Below, piece by piece: positions 1 through 9,435 of a DNA stretch of 64,000 nucleotides; position 1 is the stretch's first letter, and each line of letters opens with the position of its first letter. The DNA lies in the IMG/VR virus record IMGVR_UViG_3300033553_000372, positions 13,041 through 77,040 of that record. One strand, written 5' to 3'. The position numbers and the translations under genes were made by a program. The notes under the pieces are model-generated. The model did not search any database, was not told the origin of the DNA, and was given only the letters and a program-made list of their open reading frames with translations. This DNA is from a virus.

Positions 1-2202
1 TCAGATGAAGACAAAAAGGTTTTCTTAACTATCCAGCAAGGTCCAACGTTATTTGCAATTGGTGATACGTTTAATTTTTCAGTTGCTCAAGGTACTGATG
101 TCACACAAGATAATATAGATTTATACGATGAGTTGCCACAAAAGAATTTTGGTCCTGGTCCTGTAGGCCAAAACAAAGGTGATCATAATTTAAGATTTAA
201 TGCTGTTCCAAGTTTTGCTTTTAAAAATATTGGTGATATAAAATATTCTGCGTTAGTGGCAGGACCTAATGGAAACGAAATCTCAATTGAATATATAGCT
301 GGCTCACTATTGGCAGCTGCAGCAAGAACTGTACAGGCATTAACGTATACAGCTAATGCGCCTGGAACTATTGGAAATAGTATCCAAATTCAATATGAAG
401 ATTATACCCCAGCAATTCAAGCTAGCAAAGCTATTCAGAATTTGCTTTATTCTGCAGATAATGGTGGCGTAGCTGGAAATAACATAAGCATTCAATATAC
501 TAATACAGCAACAGCTGGATCAGAAACAGTCAGTGTAGTTGGAAATGCTATCACTGTTGGAATCCAATCTGGAGTTTCTACAGCTGATCAAATTAGATTA
601 GCAATAGGATTACACATTACCGCTCCAACATTAATTGATGTTTTAGCAACAGGAACAGGATCAGAACCACAAATTACTCAAGCTCAAACGTTTTTAACTG
701 GTGGTGTTAATGCTATCGGTGATGCTGGAAATGAAGTAGTAACAGTAACAATAAATCTTATAAAAATAAAATTTCAATCTGGAGTTTCTACAGCTCAACA
801 AATTTATAATAAAATTATATTAAGTGGAGCAGCTTTAGGATTAATAACTCCAACAATTACTGGAGTTTCTTCATCTACACAAATAGCTCCAGTTGGTCCA
901 TTAAATTTAGAAAATGGAACTAACGATGTTGGTGATCCAGGAAATGAGATAGTAAATGTAGTTAATAAAGAAATAAAAATAACTTTTGTTAATGGTCTAT
1001 CTACAGCAAATCAAATTATTTCTAAAATTATAGCTAGTGTTCCGGCTTCAGCCTTAATAACTACTTTATTATTAGGAACAGGTTCAGAATTACAAAGCTC
1101 TCCCATTTCAAGATCTTTTTTAACTAGTGGACAAAATTCTGGAACATATGCTTTTAATACTACTGAATTAACTAGTCCAGGATCTTTCTTTGAAGGTAAT
1201 GCTCCAATTTTAATTAATGGACAAACCAATCAAGGAAATGAATTAACTTTAGGTGAAACATTAAAGAAAGGTAAAGTTACACTAGACGATTCTATTCTTG
1301 GAAATTTACCTGGTCCTTTAGTTAATCATGTTCAACAAACTATAAATAACCTTATTCAAAATGGCAAATGTTTCTTAGTATCTGATTTAGATGCAAAAAC
1401 AGAGTGGAGTAAGCCTGCTGGAACATTATCACTTAATGGTAATTTAGTTTTAGTTTTTTCTGAAACAAATACGAAAAATATTCTATTAAATACAGCTGGA
1501 CCATTTGCATTAGCTGATGGTGAACATATTTATTTTGTTGTTGATAGATTCAATAATATAAATGTAACACCAATTATATCAACTACTGTACCAAGCTCTC
1601 CAAATGGAGAAAATATTTTCAGACTAGTTTCGAGAGTAGGAACAACACTTTATTGGTGGGACAATACTGCTCAAAGAGAAGGAAAGAAAATTAGAATTGG
1701 AGAAGGTGGATCCTCTGGCGCTTGGCAAGAGAAAATTGGTGTAGGTAATGGTGCTAACTTAAATTTCCCTATTCTAAGCGGCCTTTTTCCAATAGCTCAA
1801 GAATCTATATTAGTTTTCTCTAACACAACTCATTTCGTTAATACCGAATGGGTATATAATGTTCTTCAAAATCAAATTGAATTTTTAGTTGCTCCAGCTA
1901 GTGGTGTCGAGATTTATATTTATTTCTTAACAGATGGTGACAGCATTGTTGTTCCATCTCCATCTGGTGTTCAACAATTCATTTATCATGTTCTGACTGC
2001 ATTAGAAATAACTAATAAATCATTAACTTTACCTGTTTCTCCAGCAGTGCCAGCAAAAACTTTTGTTGACTACGTAGGTGGAACAACTCAAGTAAGTGGA
2101 TTAGATTTCACTATAACTGGAAATATTATGAATTGGTCTGGTTTAGGATTAGATGGTCTAGCAGCTTCAGGAGATATTATTAGGATCGTGTATCAATCAT
2201 AA
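1..2202 (+). CDS. Virion structural protein (tail/baseplate associated) with nested repeated domains; 5'-truncated
   Basis: Frame 1 is open from position 1, so the track start at 133 is not the true start. Gly/Thr/Ile-rich; GxxGNxIxIxY and STAxQI repeats; lies in the tail module. Confidence 0.7.
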   Translation, partial: SDEDKKVFLTIQQGPTLFAIGDTFNFSVAQGTDVTQDNIDLYDELPQKNFGPGPVGQNKGDHNLRFNAVPSFAFKNIGDIKYSALVAGPNGNEISIEYIAGSLLAAAARTVQALTYTANAPGTIGNSIQIQYEDYTPAIQASKAIQNLLYSADNGGVAGNNISIQYTNTATAGSETVSVVGNAITVGIQSGVSTADQIRLAIGLHITAPTLIDVLATGTGSEPQITQAQTFLTGGVNAIGDAGNEVVTVTINLIKIKFQSGVSTAQQIYNKIILSGAALGLITPTITGVSSSTQIAPVGPLNLENGTNDVGDPGNEIVNVVNKEIKITFVNGLSTANQIISKIIASVPASALITTLLLGTGSELQSSPISRSFLTSGQNSGTYAFNTTELTSPGSFFEGNAPILINGQTNQGNELTLGETLKKGKVTLDDSILGNLPGPLVNHVQQTINNLIQNGKCFLVSDLDAKTEWSKPAGTLSLNGNLVLVFSETNTKNILLNTAGPFALADGEHIYFVVDRFNNINVTPIISTTVPSSPNGENIFRLVSRVGTTLYWWDNTAQREGKKIRIGEGGSSGAWQEKIGVGNGANLNFPILSGLFPIAQESILVFSNTTHFVNTEWVYNVLQNQIEFLVAPASGVEIYIYFLTDGDSIVVPSPSGVQQFIYHVLTALEITNKSLTLPVSPAVPAKTFVDYVGGTTQVSGLDFTITGNIMNWSGLGLDGLAASGDIIRIVYQS

Positions 2203-2235
2203 TTGTAAAAACTTAGTAAATTTAGGAGATCTCAC

Positions 2236-3270
2236 ATGTCATTATTAAAAGCAAAATTTATTCCAGCCGACCTTATTGATGGGTCAAAAATCAAATTAAA
2301 CAATGCCGAAACTTTAAGAGCAAGAAATTTTGCAAACTCTGCAGATATTGCACTTTTTAGCTTAACAGCTTCAGATAAGCTTGTTTTTAATATTCAACCA
2401 GAATATGCTGCTGATCCAACATTGGCTGATCATTTAACAAGATACTCTTGGGTTAACACTCAATTAGGAACTAAGCAATCAACATCTGAAAAAGGTGCTG
2501 CTAATGGATATGCAGGATTAGATGCAAACTCTTTTGTTCCTTTAGTAAATATTCCACCAACTGCTTTAGAGAGATTAGTTATTGTTGCTGATCAGACTGC
2601 AAGATTTGCTTTAACAACTGCCACTGTTCAAAATGGTGATACTGTAAAACAAGTTGATACTAATGTTTTATATTTTGTTAAGGATGATACTAATTTAGGA
2701 AATGTTGCTGGATATGAAGTTTATTCAGCTGGAACAGCATCTTCAGTTGCTTGGTCCGGAGTCACTGGGACACCAACAACAGTTGCTGGATATGGAATCA
2801 CTGACATTGCTTCAGACACTGCTTTTGGTGTTGGCTGGAATGGAGAGGTAGCAATACCACCTTCTAAGAATGCTGTTTATGATGAGATGATTTTAAAAGC
2901 AGCTTTAACAGATTTAGCATCAACTGCTAATGGAAAGGGCGCTAGCTTAATCGGAATTGAAGATGCTGCTGCAAAATTCACAGCAACAACTATTGAAGCC
3001 GCTTTATTAGAACTTTATAATAAAGCACCAAATATGGGCCGTGAAGTAATTACTTTAATTGCTGGCGATATTACTAATGGATATGTTGAGCTTGCCCAAC
3101 CAGCAGTTGCAAATTCTCTTCAAGTGACCCCAAAAGGTGGATTGCTTCAAGAACCTGGTGTAGATTTTACAGAATCAATAGTTGTTACGAATACAAGAAT
3201 CACTTTTGCTGGTGACTTGTTAACACTTTTGGCTACCGGTGATAAATTAATTTGTTATTATGTTTATTAA
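2236..3270 (+). CDS. Tail/fibre-associated structural protein
   Basis: AGGAG RBS; EKGAANGYAGLD motif common in fibre proteins; C-terminal domain paralogous to the C-terminus of the upstream ORF. Confidence 0.65.
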   Translation: MSLLKAKFIPADLIDGSKIKLNNAETLRARNFANSADIALFSLTASDKLVFNIQPEYAADPTLADHLTRYSWVNTQLGTKQSTSEKGAANGYAGLDANSFVPLVNIPPTALERLVIVADQTARFALTTATVQNGDTVKQVDTNVLYFVKDDTNLGNVAGYEVYSAGTASSVAWSGVTGTPTTVAGYGITDIASDTAFGVGWNGEVAIPPSKNAVYDEMILKAALTDLASTANGKGASLIGIEDAAAKFTATTIEAALLELYNKAPNMGREVITLIAGDITNGYVELAQPAVANSLQVTPKGGLLQEPGVDFTESIVVTNTRITFAGDLLTLLATGDKLICYYVY

Positions 3271-3280
3271 GGATTGTTAA

Positions 3281-3529
3281 ATGTCTTTGTTACAACAAAA
3301 ATGGTCTAATGCCGGAAGTGGGACTTTTCAAAAAGAAGTTCCAACCGGCACTATAAACGGAGTGAATGTAAACTTCGTTACTTCTCAGGTCCCCAAAGCG
3401 GGATCTCTTTTAGTTTTTGTAGATAAAATATTAGAAATCAATTACACTTATACAAATGGAACAAAAACTATAGCATTAGCAGTTGCACCAAAAGCTGGTC
3501 AAGATGTTTATGTTACTTATAGTTACTAA
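3281..3529 (+). CDS. Small beta-rich virion protein
   Basis: AGGA RBS; resembles the internal domain of ORF 1..2202 (G.NG.N.NF...S.LVF...VAP..G...Y..Y). Confidence 0.6.
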   Translation: MSLLQQKWSNAGSGTFQKEVPTGTINGVNVNFVTSQVPKAGSLLVFVDKILEINYTYTNGTKTIALAVAPKAGQDVYVTYSY

Positions 3530-3538
3530 GAGGAATAT

Positions 3539-6500
3539 ATGGCTGGAAAAATCCAAAATGCTGACTTAAAATCATTATCAGAACTAACAGGATTAGGAGC
3601 AACTAAGACAGAGCTTCTAAATACTGATAAAATGTATTCACCTAAAACAACAAATGTTTTAGAAACAGATTTAAGAAAAAATAATGATGCAGCAACTACT
3701 GATCCAGCTGTTGGAAACGATTCCTCTCAGAATTATGAACCAGGAAGTCGATGGATAAATGTAACTTCAGGAAAAGTTTTCGCATGTAAGTCTAATGGAG
3801 TTGGTGCTGCTGTTTGGATTGAAGAAGTAAATATTTCAGCTACCCAAACACTTGCTTCTAAAACTTTAACTTCTCCAGTTTTAAATAGTCCAAGTATAGT
3901 TACTCCAATTCGTTTGGACGTAAAACAAGATACTAAAGCTAACTTAATTACGTATGCTCTTACCGCAACAAACGGACAAATCGTTTTTGCTACAGATACA
4001 AAAGAATACTTTGCAATTAAAGACACGTTATTGTCAGATCTTGGCGGAGGCGGTGCTGGTGTTGGTGGGACAGATATCCTTTCAGCAGATCAAGCAGATA
4101 AATCAGCAGTTACAGATTACACACAAACTGGTCTAGAAATACTAGACACACCTATCGTTTTACACGGTACTAAATCATTCCGCTTACAACACGCTACCAG
4201 CATTAAATCATTCAAAAAAGTTATTCCTGTGGACAAAAAGTTCCGTGGTAAAAACAATACAGTTTGGCTTGATGTCGTTTCTACAGCTACTCAAGGTAAC
4301 TTAAACATCATTTTCAGAGATGAAACAAACTCTGTAGATTTAACTACGTCTCAACAAATTACCACAGGTTCTTTACCTGTAACTGGTACAACTGCAAATG
4401 CTAGTAATCAGCTTACATCTTTAGATAACGTAACAGTTAATAGTTTAAAAGTTGGTATGGTGATTACTGGTAGTGCTATTCCGGTTGGAACAACTATCAC
4501 AGCTATCAGCACAAGTTCTGCAACAATGTCTCAAAACGCTACAGGCGTTTCTACAGGTATTAGAGTTTCAGCTTTAGTATCTAAGCAAGTTTACTCTTTT
4601 AATATTCCTGCTAACTGTTCAAGTTTATCTTGGGCAATCAGTACGGTAGTTGAAGCAAATGTTGAATCTTATATTGACGATGTAGTTGTTCAGCTTTCAG
4701 AGTTTGCAAAAACTAGCACAAGTGTAACGGTGCCAAAGAATAACGATTTTTCGGGGAGAAATGACGGCGCAATTACAATTGGTGCGGTAACAACTGCTCC
4801 AACAAAAGGAACTGTAGTTACAGATAGAATTATTTCTACGAGAAGTGGAAATAGATTGATTGCTGATTATCAATATGAGCAATCAGCAGGGGGAACTGCT
4901 GGATCAGGAGACTATTTATACTCACTACCATCGGGATTAAGTTTTGACTCTTCTGTGATTCCGTATACGGGTGCAGGTTCTGCTTTAATAGGAGCCTCTA
5001 AAGCGTTTGTTGGGAGTGGTAGAATATCGGACGACGTGACAGTAATGCAGAACGCTCAATTAATTGCCTACAGTACGACAAGCTTTAGAGTAATATCAAA
5101 TTATACTTCTGGAAGCCAAAACTTCATAGGTAGCGGAGTAACCGCACTTACAGGAGCTAGATCCCTTGGCTTCCACTTAGACGCTCCCATCTCTGGCTGG
5201 TCATCAAACGAAACAGAAGCAAAAACCATCGAGCTGAGTACTTCGCAGTTGGTGCAGACTCCTGATAGTAATTTACAATTTGGCGGTTTTACTGGAGCAT
5301 TAGCTTCTACGGGCAATAAAATATTCACACTTACTACTCCAACATTTGTTAATAATTTTGGTAGTTCGATTCAATATGTTAAAGATTCTATTAATGGTGA
5401 TAGATTTATCGCTCTTGTTGATGGAAATTACTCTTTTAGTATTTCTGGTGTAGTTACCGCCAACACCTCATTCGGATTAACTAAAAACGCATCATCTTTA
5501 ACAACGGCTTTTAGTGGATTATCTGCATCAGAGAGATTGATCGATGGAACAACTCCGGGTGCGGGATTAATTTTAAGTTTTTCTTGGACAGGTAGATTAG
5601 TTGCTGGGGATATTTTAAGACTTCAGTCAGACAACTCAACAACAATTTCAGATGGTGGATATGCCCTTATTTCATTTGCTACATCAGGAAGCTTGAAACA
5701 ACTCAACGTCTCTTCAGACAGCAAAATAATCATCCCAACTCACCAGTTACGTTTTGAAGGTGCTTCTTCTAGAGGCTCTACAGATACAGCAATTGTTAAG
5801 TTCGACACTCAAGCAATTACTCAAGGTGATGCTTGGGACGTAGTTAATACTGCTGCTAATGGTACTGTAGTTACGATGAAGAAAGCTGGGAAGCTTTCAG
5901 TAAGTTCTGGGATTTTAGGTGCAGCTGGCTTGCAAATATTATTGACTAAAAATCAATCAATATTAACAGGGTCTCCAACTAATGCTTCTGAAATAATACA
6001 ATCTAGTTATGCAAACGTACTTAGTAGGTTAGTAGTGTCTGCTGAGTTCAACGTAGTTATTGGAGATAAAATCAGAATATCAGCGACTACGGCTATCTCA
6101 ACTGATATATCTACCGCTTTAAATCTTTCACTAACAGAAAACAGCATCCCTGCGAACTTTTCAAACGTGTTACCGCAATGGTCTGAGGGTGATAGTAGTG
6201 TTAGATTGAATACTGCAAATGGATTTGGTTCTACTGCTACAAAAATTAGAAGATTTACAAATAACCCTTTAAACGAAGGTACTGCTATCACCTACACGGA
6301 TAGTGCTACTAATGGTGCAAGTTTTACAATTAACGAAAATGGCGTTTATAACATAAGTTTTTCTGACGATCCTAACGTTGCTGGATCTTATGCAGGTATA
6401 TCTTTAAACTCAGGAAGCTTAACAGCAAACGTACAATCATTGGCAGTATCAGAAGTTATTGCTATTGAACGTCAATCTGGAACAAACGAAGGTGTTTCAT

Positions 6501-8068
6501 TTGCTACTTCTCCAAGACTATCTAAAGGTGATGTAATCAGGGTACACACGGACGGTAATGCAAGTGCTTCAAATAATCTATGTCATTTTAACATCTCAAA
6601 AGTCGGTAAACCAAACCTATCAAGCGTAGACGTTACGTCTTTCGTTAACATGAAAACTACAGATGTTGAAGCTATTGAAGCTTTAACAGCTACTACAACT
6701 TCTGGTTCTACGAATACAGGCGTTCCAGTATTAAACATTACAAGAAATACAAATCTTGGAGTGATTCGAATTGATAGCAGTGCTGCGAATGGAACTAGTT
6801 TTGTTGCTTTAAAAGATTGTACTGTAAATATAAATGCTAGTGCTGATGTTACAGCAAATACTTTTGTATACATTACAAGAAACGCAACAATATTAACAGC
6901 TACTGCTCCAGATGGCATTATCGAAAGAGTGGCTTCAAATGGGACAAATGGCTCTGCATTTATTGGAACCCAGATTAAGGTTAATGCTGGGGATGTTATA
7001 AGATTTCAAAAAGCAGCCGCAGCCGCAGCAAGTTGGAACTATTTAACTCTAACAGCAACAGCAGACAACAACGCCACAGCTTCACCTACTCAGCAAGTGT
7101 CCTCAGACACAATGAGCTTTAACTTTAAAGCTACTGCAATAACTGATACTGATGCTATAGGGACGTTTAATACTTACACTTATGCTGCTAGTACGAATAC
7201 TGCAACGATAGCTGGAACTGCTCCAACTCAGACTGTAGCCAGTATGAATGTGAATGGTATTCAAGTTTTTGCTAGGGCTGGTATTGCTACAAGTACTGCT
7301 GCTTCTCCTTCAAGAGTAGATATTTTTATTGGTAAAGGATTACAAAGCACGAACTTAAGCTTATTTAAAAGTACAGCTAAAAGTATTATTGGGACAATTG
7401 ACTATGCTCAAGCTGATGGGAAATTAGATGCTCATGGTTGCAGAATAAAAGAATACAATCCCACCACTGGGATATTGCAAATAGACGCAGGTGGAGTACT
7501 GTACCCTGCTTCAAACACGGTTCACACTTTTCAATTCTCGGATAATACTGAACAAAATAATGGTTACGTAACATTTAACGCTTCAAAGTCACCTTCACTG
7601 GTCACGATACCAAACTTAGCTCCGAGGATTGCTTATTTGAGTGATGTTAAGCCGAGTGGTACGGCTGGAGGTAGTTCAGTTGCAGGGACTCAAACTAGAA
7701 CACTGAATACGATTGTAGATAATACTGGAATAGTAACTAGTTTAGTAGCTAATCAGTTTGTATTACCCGCTGGGACGTATTCAATTGAAGCGAGTGCTCC
7801 AGCCACCTCATCTGAGCAACATAGAATAAGATTAAGAAATATAAGTGATTCTTTAACTGCAATTGTCGGTTCATCAGAATATATTCAGTCTACAGCAAAT
7901 GTTACTACTAGATCACTACTTAGTGGAGAAATTACAATTACTAGTTTAAAAACATTCGAGTTACAACACTATATAACAACTATTAGGACTACGAATGGAT
8001 TGGGAGTTGCTTTAGCTTCTGGTGAAAATGAAGTTTACTCAATGTTGAAAATCACAAAAATTAAATAA
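3539..8068 (+). CDS. Long tail fibre / receptor-binding protein (1509 aa) with about four tandem beta-sandwich repeats
   Basis: GAGG RBS; Ser/Thr/Gly/Ala-rich; repeated (S/A)xNGxxF...GDxIR units; tail module context. Confidence 0.75.
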   Translation: MAGKIQNADLKSLSELTGLGATKTELLNTDKMYSPKTTNVLETDLRKNNDAATTDPAVGNDSSQNYEPGSRWINVTSGKVFACKSNGVGAAVWIEEVNISATQTLASKTLTSPVLNSPSIVTPIRLDVKQDTKANLITYALTATNGQIVFATDTKEYFAIKDTLLSDLGGGGAGVGGTDILSADQADKSAVTDYTQTGLEILDTPIVLHGTKSFRLQHATSIKSFKKVIPVDKKFRGKNNTVWLDVVSTATQGNLNIIFRDETNSVDLTTSQQITTGSLPVTGTTANASNQLTSLDNVTVNSLKVGMVITGSAIPVGTTITAISTSSATMSQNATGVSTGIRVSALVSKQVYSFNIPANCSSLSWAISTVVEANVESYIDDVVVQLSEFAKTSTSVTVPKNNDFSGRNDGAITIGAVTTAPTKGTVVTDRIISTRSGNRLIADYQYEQSAGGTAGSGDYLYSLPSGLSFDSSVIPYTGAGSALIGASKAFVGSGRISDDVTVMQNAQLIAYSTTSFRVISNYTSGSQNFIGSGVTALTGARSLGFHLDAPISGWSSNETEAKTIELSTSQLVQTPDSNLQFGGFTGALASTGNKIFTLTTPTFVNNFGSSIQYVKDSINGDRFIALVDGNYSFSISGVVTANTSFGLTKNASSLTTAFSGLSASERLIDGTTPGAGLILSFSWTGRLVAGDILRLQSDNSTTISDGGYALISFATSGSLKQLNVSSDSKIIIPTHQLRFEGASSRGSTDTAIVKFDTQAITQGDAWDVVNTAANGTVVTMKKAGKLSVSSGILGAAGLQILLTKNQSILTGSPTNASEIIQSSYANVLSRLVVSAEFNVVIGDKIRISATTAISTDISTALNLSLTENSIPANFSNVLPQWSEGDSSVRLNTANGFGSTATKIRRFTNNPLNEGTAITYTDSATNGASFTINENGVYNISFSDDPNVAGSYAGISLNSGSLTANVQSLAVSEVIAIERQSGTNEGVSFATSPRLSKGDVIRVHTDGNASASNNLCHFNISKVGKPNLSSVDVTSFVNMKTTDVEAIEALTATTTSGSTNTGVPVLNITRNTNLGVIRIDSSAANGTSFVALKDCTVNINASADVTANTFVYITRNATILTATAPDGIIERVASNGTNGSAFIGTQIKVNAGDVIRFQKAAAAAASWNYLTLTATADNNATASPTQQVSSDTMSFNFKATAITDTDAIGTFNTYTYAASTNTATIAGTAPTQTVASMNVNGIQVFARAGIATSTAASPSRVDIFIGKGLQSTNLSLFKSTAKSIIGTIDYAQADGKLDAHGCRIKEYNPTTGILQIDAGGVLYPASNTVHTFQFSDNTEQNNGYVTFNASKSPSLVTIPNLAPRIAYLSDVKPSGTAGGSSVAGTQTRTLNTIVDNTGIVTSLVANQFVLPAGTYSIEASAPATSSEQHRIRLRNISDSLTAIVGSSEYIQSTANVTTRSLLSGEITITSLKTFELQHYITTIRTTNGLGVALASGENEVYSMLKITKIK

Positions 8069-8076
8069 GGAATTAT

Positions 8077-8919
8077 ATGAACTATAAAAAAGTATTAGAG
8101 TATTTAGGCTTCATTGATGGAAAGGATTTTGCTTTAAACGCAATATCTTTTGATATGCTTCAACAATCAAGAATGATTCCAGAGATTATCCATCATGATT
8201 TAGTCCCTGCGGTTTTAGATACTGATGGAGTTACTATCTTAACAGAAGAAATTCCAGCTTATGATGAAACAGTTATGATTCATCATCTAGAATCTCCAGA
8301 AGTGTTAGAAGTTTTAGATACTGATGGAGTCACTGTGCTAGTTCCATATTCCCCTTATGTTGCTGCTTACGATGAAGTCTCAATGATTCAAGAATTATTT
8401 ACTTTAACTTCTCCAACTCAATTACAATTAGATGAAACTTGGAAGCAAGTTCAATTATCTGATACAGACATTGCTCTATTAGTAAGTGAGTATTTGAAAA
8501 ATCCATTATTTATTAAAGATCAAGAAAATGATTCAATCAATATAGTTAATGGTAATATTCATTCATGGAATTTTAAAAATATACCTCAACCAACTATCGA
8601 TGAACTAGTGGCTTTAATTGCTCCAATGACATTAAAAAATACAAAAGCAAAAATGTTAAGTGATTTAAAAGAAGCCGGTAAAAAAGATAGAGAAATGTGC
8701 GAAAATGTTTTAAATCTTATTGATGGTTTTAACAGAACTAGAGTTCTAACAAGCCAACAAGTAACAGATATGCAAACAGCATTCTCAACAATCCTTTTAT
8801 TGCTTCAGGCAAATAGACCATCTTCTGCTAAAGTTTTAATTACAGCAATAGTTCCAGATGAAATCCTGGTAACAACTGAAATGAAAAATCTGATACTGGA
8901 AGAACTGATCAACGCTTAA
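8077..8919 (+). CDS. Putative tail fibre assembly/accessory protein
   Basis: Directly follows the fibre gene; acidic; internal VLDTDGVT duplication. Function inferred from position. Confidence 0.45.
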   Translation: MNYKKVLEYLGFIDGKDFALNAISFDMLQQSRMIPEIIHHDLVPAVLDTDGVTILTEEIPAYDETVMIHHLESPEVLEVLDTDGVTVLVPYSPYVAAYDEVSMIQELFTLTSPTQLQLDETWKQVQLSDTDIALLVSEYLKNPLFIKDQENDSINIVNGNIHSWNFKNIPQPTIDELVALIAPMTLKNTKAKMLSDLKEAGKKDREMCENVLNLIDGFNRTRVLTSQQVTDMQTAFSTILLLLQANRPSSAKVLITAIVPDEILVTTEMKNLILEELINA

Positions 8920-8955
8920 AAATTGTAAAGATATTTCATAAGCAAAGGGGATCAA

Positions 8956-9435
8956 TTGAATCCCCTTTTTAGTTTTAGGAAGACCATCATGGATAAAGCG
9001 CCACATTTAGATATAGAAGGTATGAAGGAAATCATATTTAAGATTATCGGATTCTCTAACCTAAAGTGGCTCATGTCGTTTATTTTTTTATTATTTAGTT
9101 GGATATTTAACGGGAGTGCCGAAATACTAGCAACAATTTACATTTTGATCTTATTGGATACTATTACAGGATTAAGGATTGCTTCTATAAAAAAAGAAGT
9201 TAGTTCTCATAAGTTTTTTAGAGTGGCAACGAAGTGTTTAGTTTATTTTATAATGTTGATCATAGGTCGCTTAGTTGATAAACATGTACCTATAAAATTC
9301 GCCGCACCAATTATGGACTCATTTTTAGTTATTACTGAATCCATATCTATATTAGAAAATTTTTCAAAACTAGGCTACCCTGTTCCAACTATGTTGGTTA
9401 ATAAACTGAAATCTTACTATGAGAAAAAAGAATGA
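8956..9435 (+). CDS. Holin (phage holin family 4-like)
   Basis: Several hydrophobic segments, LLDTITG and ESISILEN motifs, basic C-terminus. Alternative ATG start at 8989. Confidence 0.75.
   Translation: MNPLFSFRKTIMDKAPHLDIEGMKEIIFKIIGFSNLKWLMSFIFLLFSWIFNGSAEILATIYILILLDTITGLRIASIKKEVSSHKFFRVATKCLVYFIMLIIGRLVDKHVPIKFAAPIMDSFLVITESISILENFSKLGYPVPTMLVNKLKSYYEKKE

Noticed and set aside
133-135. TTG at 133 as the start of the first gene
   Set aside because: The frame is open back to position 1 and there is no convincing RBS; the gene begins before the window.
3539-8068. Diversity-generating retroelement target
   Set aside because: No reverse transcriptase and no template/variable repeat pair is visible in the window.
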